Shown here: positions 55,387-64,000 of the stretch, piece after piece | Position numbering within the stretch: the stretch's first letter is position 1 | Layout: each line of letters begins with the position of its first letter | Origin: Polyangiales bacterium | GTDB lineage: Bacteria > Myxococcota_A > Polyangia > Polyangiales > JADJQN01 | Direction of reading: 5' to 3' | Assembly (NCBI GenBank): GCA_964202905.1 | Contig: CAXNJO010000001.1 | Span: forward strand, 448,001 to 512,000 | Length of the DNA: 64,000 nt | The notes under the pieces: model-generated | Seen by the model: only the letters and a program-made list of their open reading frames with translations | What the model was told of the DNA's origin: nothing | The model's database searches: none | Made by a program: the position numbers and the translations under genes

Positions 55387-56307
55387 TCAGAGCGTCGCGA
55401 CGAGCTCTTCGCTGAGCTTCCAGAGCGCCTCGCCGAGCGCCTCGTCACGCGCCTGCCGCGAGGAGGGCGCGACGTTGCAGTCCGCGAGATACTCGCCATT
55501 CACGCCTGCGAGCGAGGGGTGCACGGCGGCGTAGCACTGCGTCGCCGCGCCCTCGTGCACATCCTTCATCGCGATCGCGGACGCGATCGGGTAGACGGCG
55601 CGCAGCGCGACGTTCATGTGGCGCGTGAGGTTCGTGGCGATGACGCCCGGGTGCACCGCATTCGCCGTGCGCTTCGTGCCCGCGAAGCGCCGCGCGAGCG
55701 CGCGCGCGAAGAGCAGGTTCGCGAGCTTCGACTGCCCGTACGCCGCCCACGGGCGGTAGCCGCGCGCGAAGCTCGGATCCTCGAGGCGGATGCCCTCCTT
55801 CGGGGCCATGAAGTGCGCCGCGCTCGAGAGCATCACGACGCGCGCGTCGGCCGAGAGCGCCTCGAGCAGGCCCGTGACGAGCAGGAAGTGCCCGATGTGG
55901 TTCGTGAAGAACTGCAGTTCGTGGCCGTACGCGAGCGTGCGCTCCGGCAGCGCCATGATCCCCGCGTTGCAGAGCAGCACGTCGATCGGCACGCCGAGCG
56001 CCTTCACCTCCGCGACGCACGCGCGCACCGAGGCGGGCTCGGCGAGCTCACAGGCGACGGGGATCGCGTCGATCCCCAGCGTCTTCATCGCCTCCGCGGC
56101 CTTCTCACGCGTCCGCGCCGCCGCGACGACCCGCGCGCCGCGCGCCGCGAGCACGCGCGCGCTCTCCGCGCCGAGGCCGGAGTTCGAGCCCGTGATGAGG
56201 ACGGTGCGGCCGGTCAGATCGAGGCCGGCGGTGACCTCTTCGGCGGTCGAGGCGTAACCGAAACCGCTCGGACCGCGACGGCCGAGCACGAGGGAGACGA
56301 GGGACAT
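55387..56307 (-). CDS. SDR oxidoreductase (retinol dehydrogenase/WWOX-like)
   Basis: ITGSNSGLG, NAGIMA, NHIGHF, YGQSK, VHPG and GAATQ motifs. Confidence 0.9.
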   Translation of the reverse strand: MSLVSLVLGRRGPSGFGYASTAEEVTAGLDLTGRTVLITGSNSGLGAESARVLAARGARVVAAARTREKAAEAMKTLGIDAIPVACELAEPASVRACVAEVKALGVPIDVLLCNAGIMALPERTLAYGHELQFFTNHIGHFLLVTGLLEALSADARVVMLSSAAHFMAPKEGIRLEDPSFARGYRPWAAYGQSKLANLLFARALARRFAGTKRTANAVHPGVIATNLTRHMNVALRAVYPIASAIAMKDVHEGAATQCYAAVHPSLAGVNGEYLADCNVAPSSRQARDEALGEALWKLSEELVATL

Positions 56308-56374
56308 GCGCGCGACGGTGAAACCAATCACCCGCTGCGGCAAGTCACGTGCGGTCCGAATCCGCGCGCGTGAA

Positions 56375-57223
56375 TCAGGCGCTCTCGGCCGTCAGCACGT
56401 CGCGCGCCGCGCCCGCGCGGGGCGGCGTGTTGCGGAAGAGCGGGTGGAAGAGATACGGGCGCTCGTGGTGGGTCGCGTGCATGTAAATGCCCGCAAAAAG
56501 GCGGTTTCCGAGCCAGAACCAGCCCGTGTCCTGGTCCACGGGGGCGAAGTCCTTCCCGACGTGGCCGTTGTGCGTGACCCAGTTGAAGTGGATGACGAAG
56601 AGCGCGGCGCCGAGTTGCGCCGGCAGGAACACGGCGACGAAGAACCACGGCCCGAGGAGCGCGCCCCACGCGGCGAAGAGCAGGAGCGTCGTCGCGTAGC
56701 TCACGCGCGCGCGCATCTGCTCGCGGGCGCGGTTCTCGGGCGTGTCGCCCCACTGCACATAATAGGCCTTCATGAGCTGCCGCTCGACCTGCAACATCGA
56801 ATGGATCGCGGTGCGGAGGAAGCTCGGGAAGTTGGGGTGCGGGTCGTCGACGCGGTCGTCGGAATATTTGTGGTGGCGCACGTGGATGAGCGTCCAGCCC
56901 ACGAAGCGCACCGCGATGAGCACGCCGCAGAGCTCGCCGGCGAGGCGGTTCCACGGGCGCGGGAAGCTGCCGTGCCCGGCGTTGTGCACGAGCAGGTGTG
57001 CGGCGATCGCGACGTAGAGCGCGACGGGGAACGCGGCGAGCCACCAGCCCGCGGGCGCACCGAAGAGGGGCGAGACGACGCCGGTCGCGACGAGCGCGAG
57101 GACCGCGAGGCCCGCCGCGGCGTAGCCGAGGTCGTAGCGGATCTGGAACCAGCGGTCGCGGCGGAACTGGTGCGAAGGATGGACGTTCAGGAGCGCGGTC
57201 GCGCGCTGAGCGAGGGTGGGCAT
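56375..57223 (-). CDS. Membrane fatty-acid desaturase family protein
   Basis: Three His boxes (HNAGH, HVRHH, HATHH) with transmembrane segments between them. Confidence 0.85.
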   Translation of the reverse strand: MPTLAQRATALLNVHPSHQFRRDRWFQIRYDLGYAAAGLAVLALVATGVVSPLFGAPAGWWLAAFPVALYVAIAAHLLVHNAGHGSFPRPWNRLAGELCGVLIAVRFVGWTLIHVRHHKYSDDRVDDPHPNFPSFLRTAIHSMLQVERQLMKAYYVQWGDTPENRAREQMRARVSYATTLLLFAAWGALLGPWFFVAVFLPAQLGAALFVIHFNWVTHNGHVGKDFAPVDQDTGWFWLGNRLFAGIYMHATHHERPYLFHPLFRNTPPRAGAARDVLTAESA

Positions 57224-57414
57224 CTGCGCGGACTCCGAGGCGTGAGAGGAGAGCGAGGCGGTCGTGGGCGCGCGGAGGGCTCGCGCAGACGCCCGGGTGG
57301 GCGCGGCGGTCGCGGGCCGCGGGGAGCGCGCAGCCTACGCCGAATCGATCTCGAAAAGCGATACGCGGCGGCTTGTCGCAGCGTCGCGACGGCCGCCGCG
57401 CAGGGCGCGCGCGT

Positions 57415-57465
57415 GGGATTCAGGGCAGCGCGGGATCCAGGGCAGCGCGGGATTCAGGGCAGCGT
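57415..57465. repeat. 17-bp tandem repeat x3 overlapping the stop codon of the ceramidase-like gene
   Basis: GGGATTCAGGGCAGCGC, GGGATCCAGGGCAGCGC and GGGATTCAGGGCAGCGT. Confidence 0.85.
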
Positions 57466-60088
57466 CGCGCTGCCCTCGTTGCCGAAACGATCGCGCACGA
57501 CGACGCGCGTGATCGGCTCGGACGACGCGGGCGTCACGCGCGCGTTGCCCGGCGCCGCGAGCGGGGCCGTGAAGGTCTCGGGCGCGCCCGCGCCGTGCTC
57601 GAGCACCACGGTGAACGGGCCGGCCTCGGCGGGCAGGCGGCGGTTCACGTTGCCCTCCATGCGCAGCAGGCGCCAGCCCTCGCGCGGCTCGAAGCTCGCG
57701 TCGACGACGACGTCCCCGCCCTCGCTGCGCGCGCCCACGCCGAGCGTGCCCGCGACGACCTCGAAGGGCGCGCTGTCCAGCGTGTAGCCCGTGCCCTCGA
57801 CGTGGAAGCGGTAGCGCCCCAGCGGCAAGCCCGCGCGATCGGCGAGCACGTCGAGGCCCTCGCCCGGCGTCGGCATCGTCGCGCCCGGCGCGCCGAACAC
57901 GTCGAGCGCCTGCCACTCGATCGTCCAGTAGTTCGTGAGCGGCTCGGCGCCGACGCGGCGGAGCGGCTGCGGCGTCCACACCACGAGGAAGTCGAGGTCC
58001 GTCACCTCGCGTCCGCTGCGCCGCGTGACGGGCACGAACGCGCCGCCCACCTCACGCTCGAGCCGCGCGCGCGGCGTGCCCGAGAGCGGATCTTCGCCGA
58101 TCCACACGAAGCGCGCGACGCCCTCCACGCGCGGGATCGTCGCGTCGGGCTGCCCGCGTGTCGGGCGTGCGCCGCTGCGGAAGAAGATCTCCGCGGGCAC
58201 CGCGTCGGGCACGGTCCCGGCGAGCGGCGCCGGGTCGGGCGGCGGCACGTCGGGGTCGCTGAACGTCGGCGCGACGACGCGATCCGCGCCCGCCTGCGCG
58301 GCGTCCTCGCGCATCGGCGACACCGCGAGCGGCATCAGGGCGACGAGCTGCTCGGCGAGCAGCTCGCCCTCGAGCGGGCCCCAGATGTTGATGGTCGGCT
58401 CGAAGCCGCCGCGCAGCCAGTCCTCGGCGGTGAGGATGTAGCCGACGTGACCCTGCGCGTAGCCCGAGCACGAACGTGCGCTCGACGGGGAACGGCGACT
58501 CGGCCGCGACGCGATCGCGCCAGGGGACGACGGGCTCGCCGGGCGCCGTCGGGAAGAGGTAGTCGCCGAGGCGCAGCACCGAGATCGTCGCGCGCGTCGT
58601 GTTGCACAGCGGCATCTCCTCGAAGGAGAAGCCGAGCAGACCGCCGAGCGCGCTCGTCGCGTCGGGGATGTTCGCGCAGGAGTTGTAGGCGGTGAGGCCC
58701 GCGACGTTCGGCAGCCGCGCGAAGGTCAGCAACGCCTCTTCACCGCCACAGAGCCCCGCGCCCGCGGGCGCGTTGAACTCGTCGATCGGCGAGAGGATCG
58801 CGCCGTCGTCCCCGTAGACCTCGCGATCCGCGCGCCGCCGCCCGTCCCACGGCGCGTACGAGAGCGCGCCGCCGCGCACCGTGAACGCGCGCCAGTCGGG
58901 GCCCATCGTGACCGAGCGCGTGACCATCTCCATCTCGAGCTCCGACTTCATGTCGGCGCCCGCGCGCGTCCACGCCTCCATGAACTGCGGCAGCGCGTAG
59001 CGCGCGCATTCTTCGTTGCGCGCGAAGTCCCAGCGCGGGTCGGAGTCGCTGTCGTAGTCGAGGTGGCCGCGGCTCTCGCCGAGCACGTCGCCGGCCGCGC
59101 CTTGCAGGTGCACCGCCATCACGGGGAAGTCGAACTGCTCCTCGATCGCGCGCTCGAACGCGCCGCTCGCGTCGGTGCTGAACACCGACACACCATCATC
59201 GAGGATGGCAGAGTGAACGCCGAAGATCGGCAGGACCGCGAGGGGCCGATCGTCCATTCCGTCGATGCGGATCAGCGCGAGCCGCTGATCCTTGCGCGCC
59301 GCGTCGCCCGTGAGGAAATCGTTCTCCGAGCGGCGGTCGTAGGAGACGCGGTTCTCGAGATCGAACGCCTCGTTGGTCGCGATGCCGATCTTCGCGGGGA
59401 CCTGCGCGGCGAGCGCGGCCTGGGCCGTCTCGACCATCCGCGCGATGAGGGCGTCGCGGATGCGCGCGCGGATCGGGCCTGCGCCGATCTGGAGCTTCGA
59501 GTCGGCCGAGTAGCTGCCCGGCGCGGTGTGCGTGTGGCTCGAGCTCCACAGCACCTTGCCCGCGAACGCCGGGCCGAGACGCGCGGTGACCTCGTGCGTG
59601 ATCGTGTCGTCGCTGAAGATCGTGTCGGTGCGGAGCAGCACCACCGTCTCGTCACCCGCGGTGATCGCGATCGCCTTCACCATCGGGGTGCTCTCGATGC
59701 CGACCGAGGGCGTGAAACTGCCGGAGAGCGGCACCTGACGGGCATCGATCGCGCCCTTCGCGTCGAGGGGCGCCGCGCGCGAGGTGTTGCCGCCGAGCGC
59801 GACGCCGATCGGCAGCGCGAGGGCGCGCTCCGCGAGGCCGACGCGCACCGCGCCCGCCGTGACGGTGCCGCCCGCGCGGGCCGTCGCGGGGAGCGGCGCG
59901 TAGGTGCAGTGATCGGTCGCGAGCGGCTCGGGCGGGCCGGCGTCGACGCCCACATCGGGCCCCGCGTCGGGCGTTGGGATGGCCCCGCCGTCGTCGCCGC
60001 AGGCGCCGAGGAGCATGCCGGCGAGCCCGAGCAGGAGGCTGGAAAAGCAGGTGTTTCGTGGACGGATCGGGGTCGTCGGGTCTGGCAC
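57454..60088 (-). CDS. Neutral/alkaline ceramidase-like lipoprotein, with one frameshift near 58463
   Basis: Lipobox LGAC, SSHTHTAPG metal motif, FGVH, QGAAGDV and PGEP motifs. After the shift, GYAQGHVGYILT..DW..GGFE continues to the stop at 57454. Confidence 0.75.
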
Positions 60089-60153
60089 GCCGCGATTCTA
60101 ACGGGGCTCGCGCCGCCCCGGTGAGAGGGCGCGCACGTCCCCGCGCGCCGCCG

Positions 60154-60978
60154 TCAGAACGTGAGGCGCAGGCCCGCCGTCGCGCCGACCGCGCGGCCGC
60201 GATCGAGCACGGGCGTGAGCGAGAGCCCCGTGAGCGACCCCGCCGCGCGCGACGCCGACGAGAGCTCGTAGCCGACGACCGCGCCCGCGAGCGGGAGCAG
60301 GCCCGCGCCGAACACGGACGAGTAATTCTGCGCGAGCGCGGCGATGATCACCGCGACGCCCGTCCCGGCGAGCGCGCCGAGCAGCGAGCTGCCGTACGTG
60401 CCCATTCCGTCGAACCAGCGCCCGGCCCAGGTCACGCCGAGCGGCATCCCGAGCAACATCCCGCCGAACGCGCCGGCGATGACGCCCACCGCGCACGTCG
60501 TCGAGCCGAAGCCATCCCCGTCGAAGTCGAAGCAGCTCCCCGCGAGCGCGCCGACCAGCAGGCCGATCGCGCCGATGCCCACACCCACCGAGTAGCCGAC
60601 GATCGGGCCGAAGATCACGCGCGGGACGCGGCCATCCGACTCCGCCTGCGCGCGCTGCGTCGCCTCCGCGCTCGGCCCGGGGGCCGCCGGCTGCTGCTGC
60701 ACGTACACGGGCTGCGCGTAGCCCGGGGGCTCCTGTGCCTCGACGATGTAGATCGTGCCCGCGCCCGGGTCGGTGCCCTGCGGCGGGCCCGCGCCCTGCG
60801 TGTCCGTGGGCGTCCCGAGGACCTGCCCGTCCGGCGGGCCGAGCGAGAGGTGCAGGCTGCCGAGCAGCGTCGGGGACTGGGCCTGCGCGTCGGCGGCGCC
60901 GACGGCGACGGAGATCGCGAGCGAGACGCCAACAAGCGCGATCGCGTGCCGCGTGGTCGCGGAGAGAGACGAGAGCAT
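60154..60978 (-). CDS. Hypothetical secreted/membrane protein with Pro-rich linker and Gly-zipper helices
   Basis: Signal peptide ending in AQAQ, several Gly-rich hydrophobic helices and a C-terminal strand ending LRLTF. Confidence 0.6.
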   Translation of the reverse strand: MLSSLSATTRHAIALVGVSLAISVAVGAADAQAQSPTLLGSLHLSLGPPDGQVLGTPTDTQGAGPPQGTDPGAGTIYIVEAQEPPGYAQPVYVQQQPAAPGPSAEATQRAQAESDGRVPRVIFGPIVGYSVGVGIGAIGLLVGALAGSCFDFDGDGFGSTTCAVGVIAGAFGGMLLGMPLGVTWAGRWFDGMGTYGSSLLGALAGTGVAVIIAALAQNYSSVFGAGLLPLAGAVVGYELSSASRAAGSLTGLSLTPVLDRGRAVGATAGLRLTF

Positions 60979-60995
60979 GGCCGCACCCTAGCGCA

Positions 60996-61259
60996 TCAGC
61001 GGGCGCCGTCGTCGTCGTCGTCGTCGTCGTCCGTCGGCGCGAGGGGGACCGTCTCGCCCTCGAGCGCGCGCAGGGTGTCGAGCGCGGCGAGGAGCGGCTC
61101 GACCTCACGCGGGGCGATCACCGCGCCTTCGCCCGCGCGGAAGGCGTCGCGCAGGCGCGCCTCGAGCCGCGCGAGCGCGTCCTCGTCGAGGCGCGGCAGG
61201 CCGCTCTCCGCGCGGCGCGCGTCGTGGTCGAGATCGAACTCCGGGGGGCGGCGCGGCAT
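60996..61259 (-). CDS. Small acidic hypothetical protein
   Basis: 87-aa ORF with a poly-Asp tail, on the same strand and just upstream of 60154-60978. Confidence 0.45.
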   Translation of the reverse strand: MPRRPPEFDLDHDARRAESGLPRLDEDALARLEARLRDAFRAGEGAVIAPREVEPLLAALDTLRALEGETVPLAPTDDDDDDDDGAR

Positions 61260-61335
61260 GGCGCGCGAGCGTAGCGCGCGGCCCGTTGCCCGCCCCATCC
61301 GCGCACGCGATCACGCTGGCATCCCCGGACCGCAT

Positions 61336-61372
61336 TGAATAATCTTCAGCGCTCACTGAAGCGCCATTCATT
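61336..61372. promoter_or_regulatory. AT-richer palindromic operator-like site upstream of the MFE-2-like gene
   Basis: TGAATAATCTTCAGCGCTCACTGAAGCGCCATTCA holds nested inverted repeats (CTTCAG/CTGAAG and TGAAT/ATTCA) in a divergent intergenic region. Confidence 0.5.
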
Positions 61373-61436
61373 TTTTTCGGCGCGCACGCAGGACGCTTCC
61401 ACGCCGCGCGGATGCGGCGTTCGACACGGGGACACC

Positions 61437-64000
61437 ATGGGCAACGAGCTGCGATTCGATGGCAAGGTCGTGATCGTCACGGGCGCGGGCAACGGCCTCG
61501 GGCGCTCGCACGCGCTGCTCTTCGCGGGCCGCGGGGCGAAGGTCATCGTCAACGACCTCGGGGGCGCGCACACGGGCGGCGGCAGCTCGAGCGCGGCGGC
61601 CGACAAGGTGGTCGCGGAGATCCGCGCCGCCGGCGGCGAGGCCGCGGCCAACTACGACTCCGTCGAGGACGGCGCGAAGATCGTGCAGAGCGCGCTCGAT
61701 CACTTCGGGCGCATCGACGTCGTCATCAACAACGCGGGCATCCTGCGCGACGTCTCCTTCCCCAAGATGACGCAGGACGACTGGGACCTCGTCTACCGCG
61801 TGCACGTGCTCGGCGCGTACCGCGTGACGGCCGCCGCCTGGCCGCACCTGCGCGAGCAGAAGTACGGCCGCGTGATCTTCACGTCCTCGGCCGCCGGCAT
61901 CTACGGCAACTTCGGCCAGGCCAACTACGCGATGGCGAAGCTCGGCACGCATGGATTTGCGAGCACGCTCGCCATCGAGGGCCGCAAGAACAACGTCTTC
62001 GTGAACACGATCGCGCCCATCGCGGGCTCGCGCATGACGGAGACGGTGCTCCCGCCGGAGCTGCTCGCCTCGCTCAAGCCGGAGTACGTCTCGGCGCTCG
62101 TCGGGTGGCTCTCGCACGAGCGCTGCGAGGAGACGGGCGGGCTCTTCGAGGTCGGCGGCGGCTTCTACAGCAAGCTCCGCTGGGAGCGCACGAAGGGCAA
62201 AACCTTCCGCCTCGGTCGGCCCGTCGGAATCGAGGACGTGAAGGGCGCGTGGAAGTCGATCACCGACTTCGGCGGCGCGACGCACCCCGCGAACATCGCC
62301 GAGTCGATGTCGCCGATCATGGCGAACGTCGAGGCGGGCCCGAGCCGCGGCGGCAACCAGCTCATCGACGTCGATCAGGCGCTCGGCTTCGAGCTCGAGC
62401 CCATCACGAGCCGCTACGACGAGCGCGACGTCTCGCTCTACGCGCTCGGCGTCGGCGCGGCGCACAGCGCGCCCACCGACACCTCGGAGCTCGGCCTCGT
62501 CTACGAGCTGAACAGCGGCGGTTTCCACCCGCTGCCGACGATGATGGCGGCCATCACGGTCAATCAGATCATGAAGGCCGCGATGGAGGGCAAGCAGGCC
62601 CCCGGCCTCAGCTACGGGCTCGACCGCATCCTGCACGGCGAGCAGTACACCGAGGTGCTGCGCCCGCTCCCGACGAAGGCGAAGCTCACGCACAAGGCGA
62701 AGATCAAAGCCATCTGGGACAAGGGCAAGGGCGCCGTCGTCGTCAACGAGGTCAAGACCTTCGACGACGAGGGCGAGCTGCTCGCCATCAACGAAATCAC
62801 CACCTTCGTCCGCGGCGCGGGCGGCTGGGGCGGCGAGGGCGGCCCGAAGGCGGACATCCCGATCCCCGATCGCGCGCCGGACGCCACCATCGAAGAGCAG
62901 ACGACGCCCGATCAGGCGCTGCTCTATCGCCTCTCGGGCGACATCAATCCGCTCCACGCCGATCCGGAGTTCGCGAAGAACTTCGGTTATGCGACACCCA
63001 TCCTCCACGGGCTCTGCACCTTTGGATTCGCGGGGCGCCACGTCATCAAGGCGTTCGCGAAGAACGATCCGCGCTTCCTCAAGTCGATCCGCGTGCGCTT
63101 CGTCGATCCGGTGATCCCCGGCGAGACGCTCGTCACCGAGATGTGGCGCGACGGGCAGCGCGTCGTCTTCCGCACGAAGGTGAAGGAGCGCGACAAGGTC
63201 GTGCTCTCGAACGCCGCCGTGGAGCTCTACGCGGAGCTGCCGAAGAAGGCCGAGAAGCCGAAGGCGGCGGCCGTGTCGCCTGCGGCCTCTGCCGCGCCTG
63301 CGGCAGCGGCGAGCGCGGCCCCGTCGAGCGGGGACGTCTTCGCGGCGATTGGCGCGTATTTCGAGAAGCACAAGGACGTCGCGACCAAGGCGCAGACGCT
63401 CTACCTCTTCCAGCTCAAGAACCCCGACAGCGCGTGGTCGCTCGACACGAAGGCGGGCGCGGTCGCCGCCGGCGAGGTCGGCAAGGCCGAGTGCACGCTC
63501 GAGCTCGCGGAAGCCGACTTCCTCGACATGGTGAGCGGAAAGGCCGATCCGATGAAGCTGTTCACGTCGGGGAAGCTGAAGATCAGCGGCAACATCATGG
63601 CCTCGCAGAAGCTCGACTTCCTGCAGAAGCTCGACAAGAACGAGGTCGCGAAGGCCGCGGCGAGCAAGCCCGCAGCGACGAGCGCCGCGGCGCCCGCAGC
63701 GGCGGCGAGCGCACCCGCGAAGGCGCCCGCGATCTTCGAGAAGCTCGGGGCACGCTTCGCCGCGGACCCCGCGCTCGCGGCCTCGGTCGGCGCGGTCGTG
63801 CAGTTCGTCGTGAAGGTGTCGGACACCACCACCTACGACTGCATCGTCGACGCGTCGGGCCGGGGCACCGTGCTCGCGGGCCGCGCGAAGGACGCGCGCA
63901 CGACCATCACGATCGCCGACGCGGACCTCGCGGAGCTCGCCGCGGGCAAGCGCACGGTGCACGCGCTCTACCAGCACGGCGCGCTGCGCGTCGACGGCGA
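61437..64000 (+). CDS. Peroxisomal multifunctional enzyme type 2 (HSD17B4/MFE-2)-like: SDR + hydratase 2 + two SCP2 domains, 3'-truncated by the window edge
   Basis: Not in the ORF track. Translated by hand in one frame from ATG 61437: MGNELRFDGKVVIVTGAGNGLG, GIYGNFGQANYAMAK, YRLSGDINPLHADP...PILHGLCTFG, DFLDMVSGKADPMKLFTSGKLKISGNIMASQKL, then a second SCP2 TITIADADL...LYQHGALRVDG. Confidence 0.92.
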   Translation, partial: MGNELRFDGKVVIVTGAGNGLGRSHALLFAGRGAKVIVNDLGGAHTGGGSSSAAADKVVAEIRAAGGEAAANYDSVEDGAKIVQSALDHFGRIDVVINNAGILRDVSFPKMTQDDWDLVYRVHVLGAYRVTAAAWPHLREQKYGRVIFTSSAAGIYGNFGQANYAMAKLGTHGFASTLAIEGRKNNVFVNTIAPIAGSRMTETVLPPELLASLKPEYVSALVGWLSHERCEETGGLFEVGGGFYSKLRWERTKGKTFRLGRPVGIEDVKGAWKSITDFGGATHPANIAESMSPIMANVEAGPSRGGNQLIDVDQALGFELEPITSRYDERDVSLYALGVGAAHSAPTDTSELGLVYELNSGGFHPLPTMMAAITVNQIMKAAMEGKQAPGLSYGLDRILHGEQYTEVLRPLPTKAKLTHKAKIKAIWDKGKGAVVVNEVKTFDDEGELLAINEITTFVRGAGGWGGEGGPKADIPIPDRAPDATIEEQTTPDQALLYRLSGDINPLHADPEFAKNFGYATPILHGLCTFGFAGRHVIKAFAKNDPRFLKSIRVRFVDPVIPGETLVTEMWRDGQRVVFRTKVKERDKVVLSNAAVELYAELPKKAEKPKAAAVSPAASAAPAAAASAAPSSGDVFAAIGAYFEKHKDVATKAQTLYLFQLKNPDSAWSLDTKAGAVAAGEVGKAECTLELAEADFLDMVSGKADPMKLFTSGKLKISGNIMASQKLDFLQKLDKNEVAKAAASKPAATSAAAPAAAASAPAKAPAIFEKLGARFAADPALAASVGAVVQFVVKVSDTTTYDCIVDASGRGTVLAGRAKDARTTITIADADLAELAAGKRTVHALYQHGALRVDG

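Noticed and set aside
61368..63977. 869-aa minus-strand ORF in the track
   Set aside because: It is the antisense shadow of the MFE-2-like gene. The plus-strand frame has the conserved motifs, and long antisense ORFs are expected at this GC content.

Overview
Very GC-rich bacterial chromosome segment. Gene content (CGDD/DAG-tether lipoproteins, MFE-2-like enzyme, ECF/anti-sigma pair) suggests Myxococcota/Polyangia, which is an inference. The window spans the probable replication origin (dnaA, a DnaA-box-rich spacer, dnaN, recF, with no gyrB or rpmH next to it). It also holds bioF-bioD, tRNA-Ala(CGC), two convergent operons for a CDP-linked C-methyl-branched deoxysugar, serC, uvrB, a DUF2271-like/FN3/CFI-box-CTERM + DUF4266 + DUF3570 envelope operon, and dnaJ coupled to an orphan FliI/SctN ATPase. 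Further along are an actinobacterial-type aromatic carotenoid set (crtI, crtB, crtT-like, crtU-like, crtV-like Rieske, crtY), rpsU, clpB, a DUF2723 glycosyltransferase, a GH92 lipoprotein, tex and a lipid-metabolism block. That block ends in a peroxisomal-type MFE-2 (SDR-hydratase 2-SCP2-SCP2) that the ORF track misses because it runs off the window. Five genes (uvrB, clpB, GH92, tex, ceramidase-like) carry small frameshifts that are most likely long-read consensus errors. No CRISPR array, integrase or transposase was seen. All family calls come from motif recognition by eye, not from database searches.
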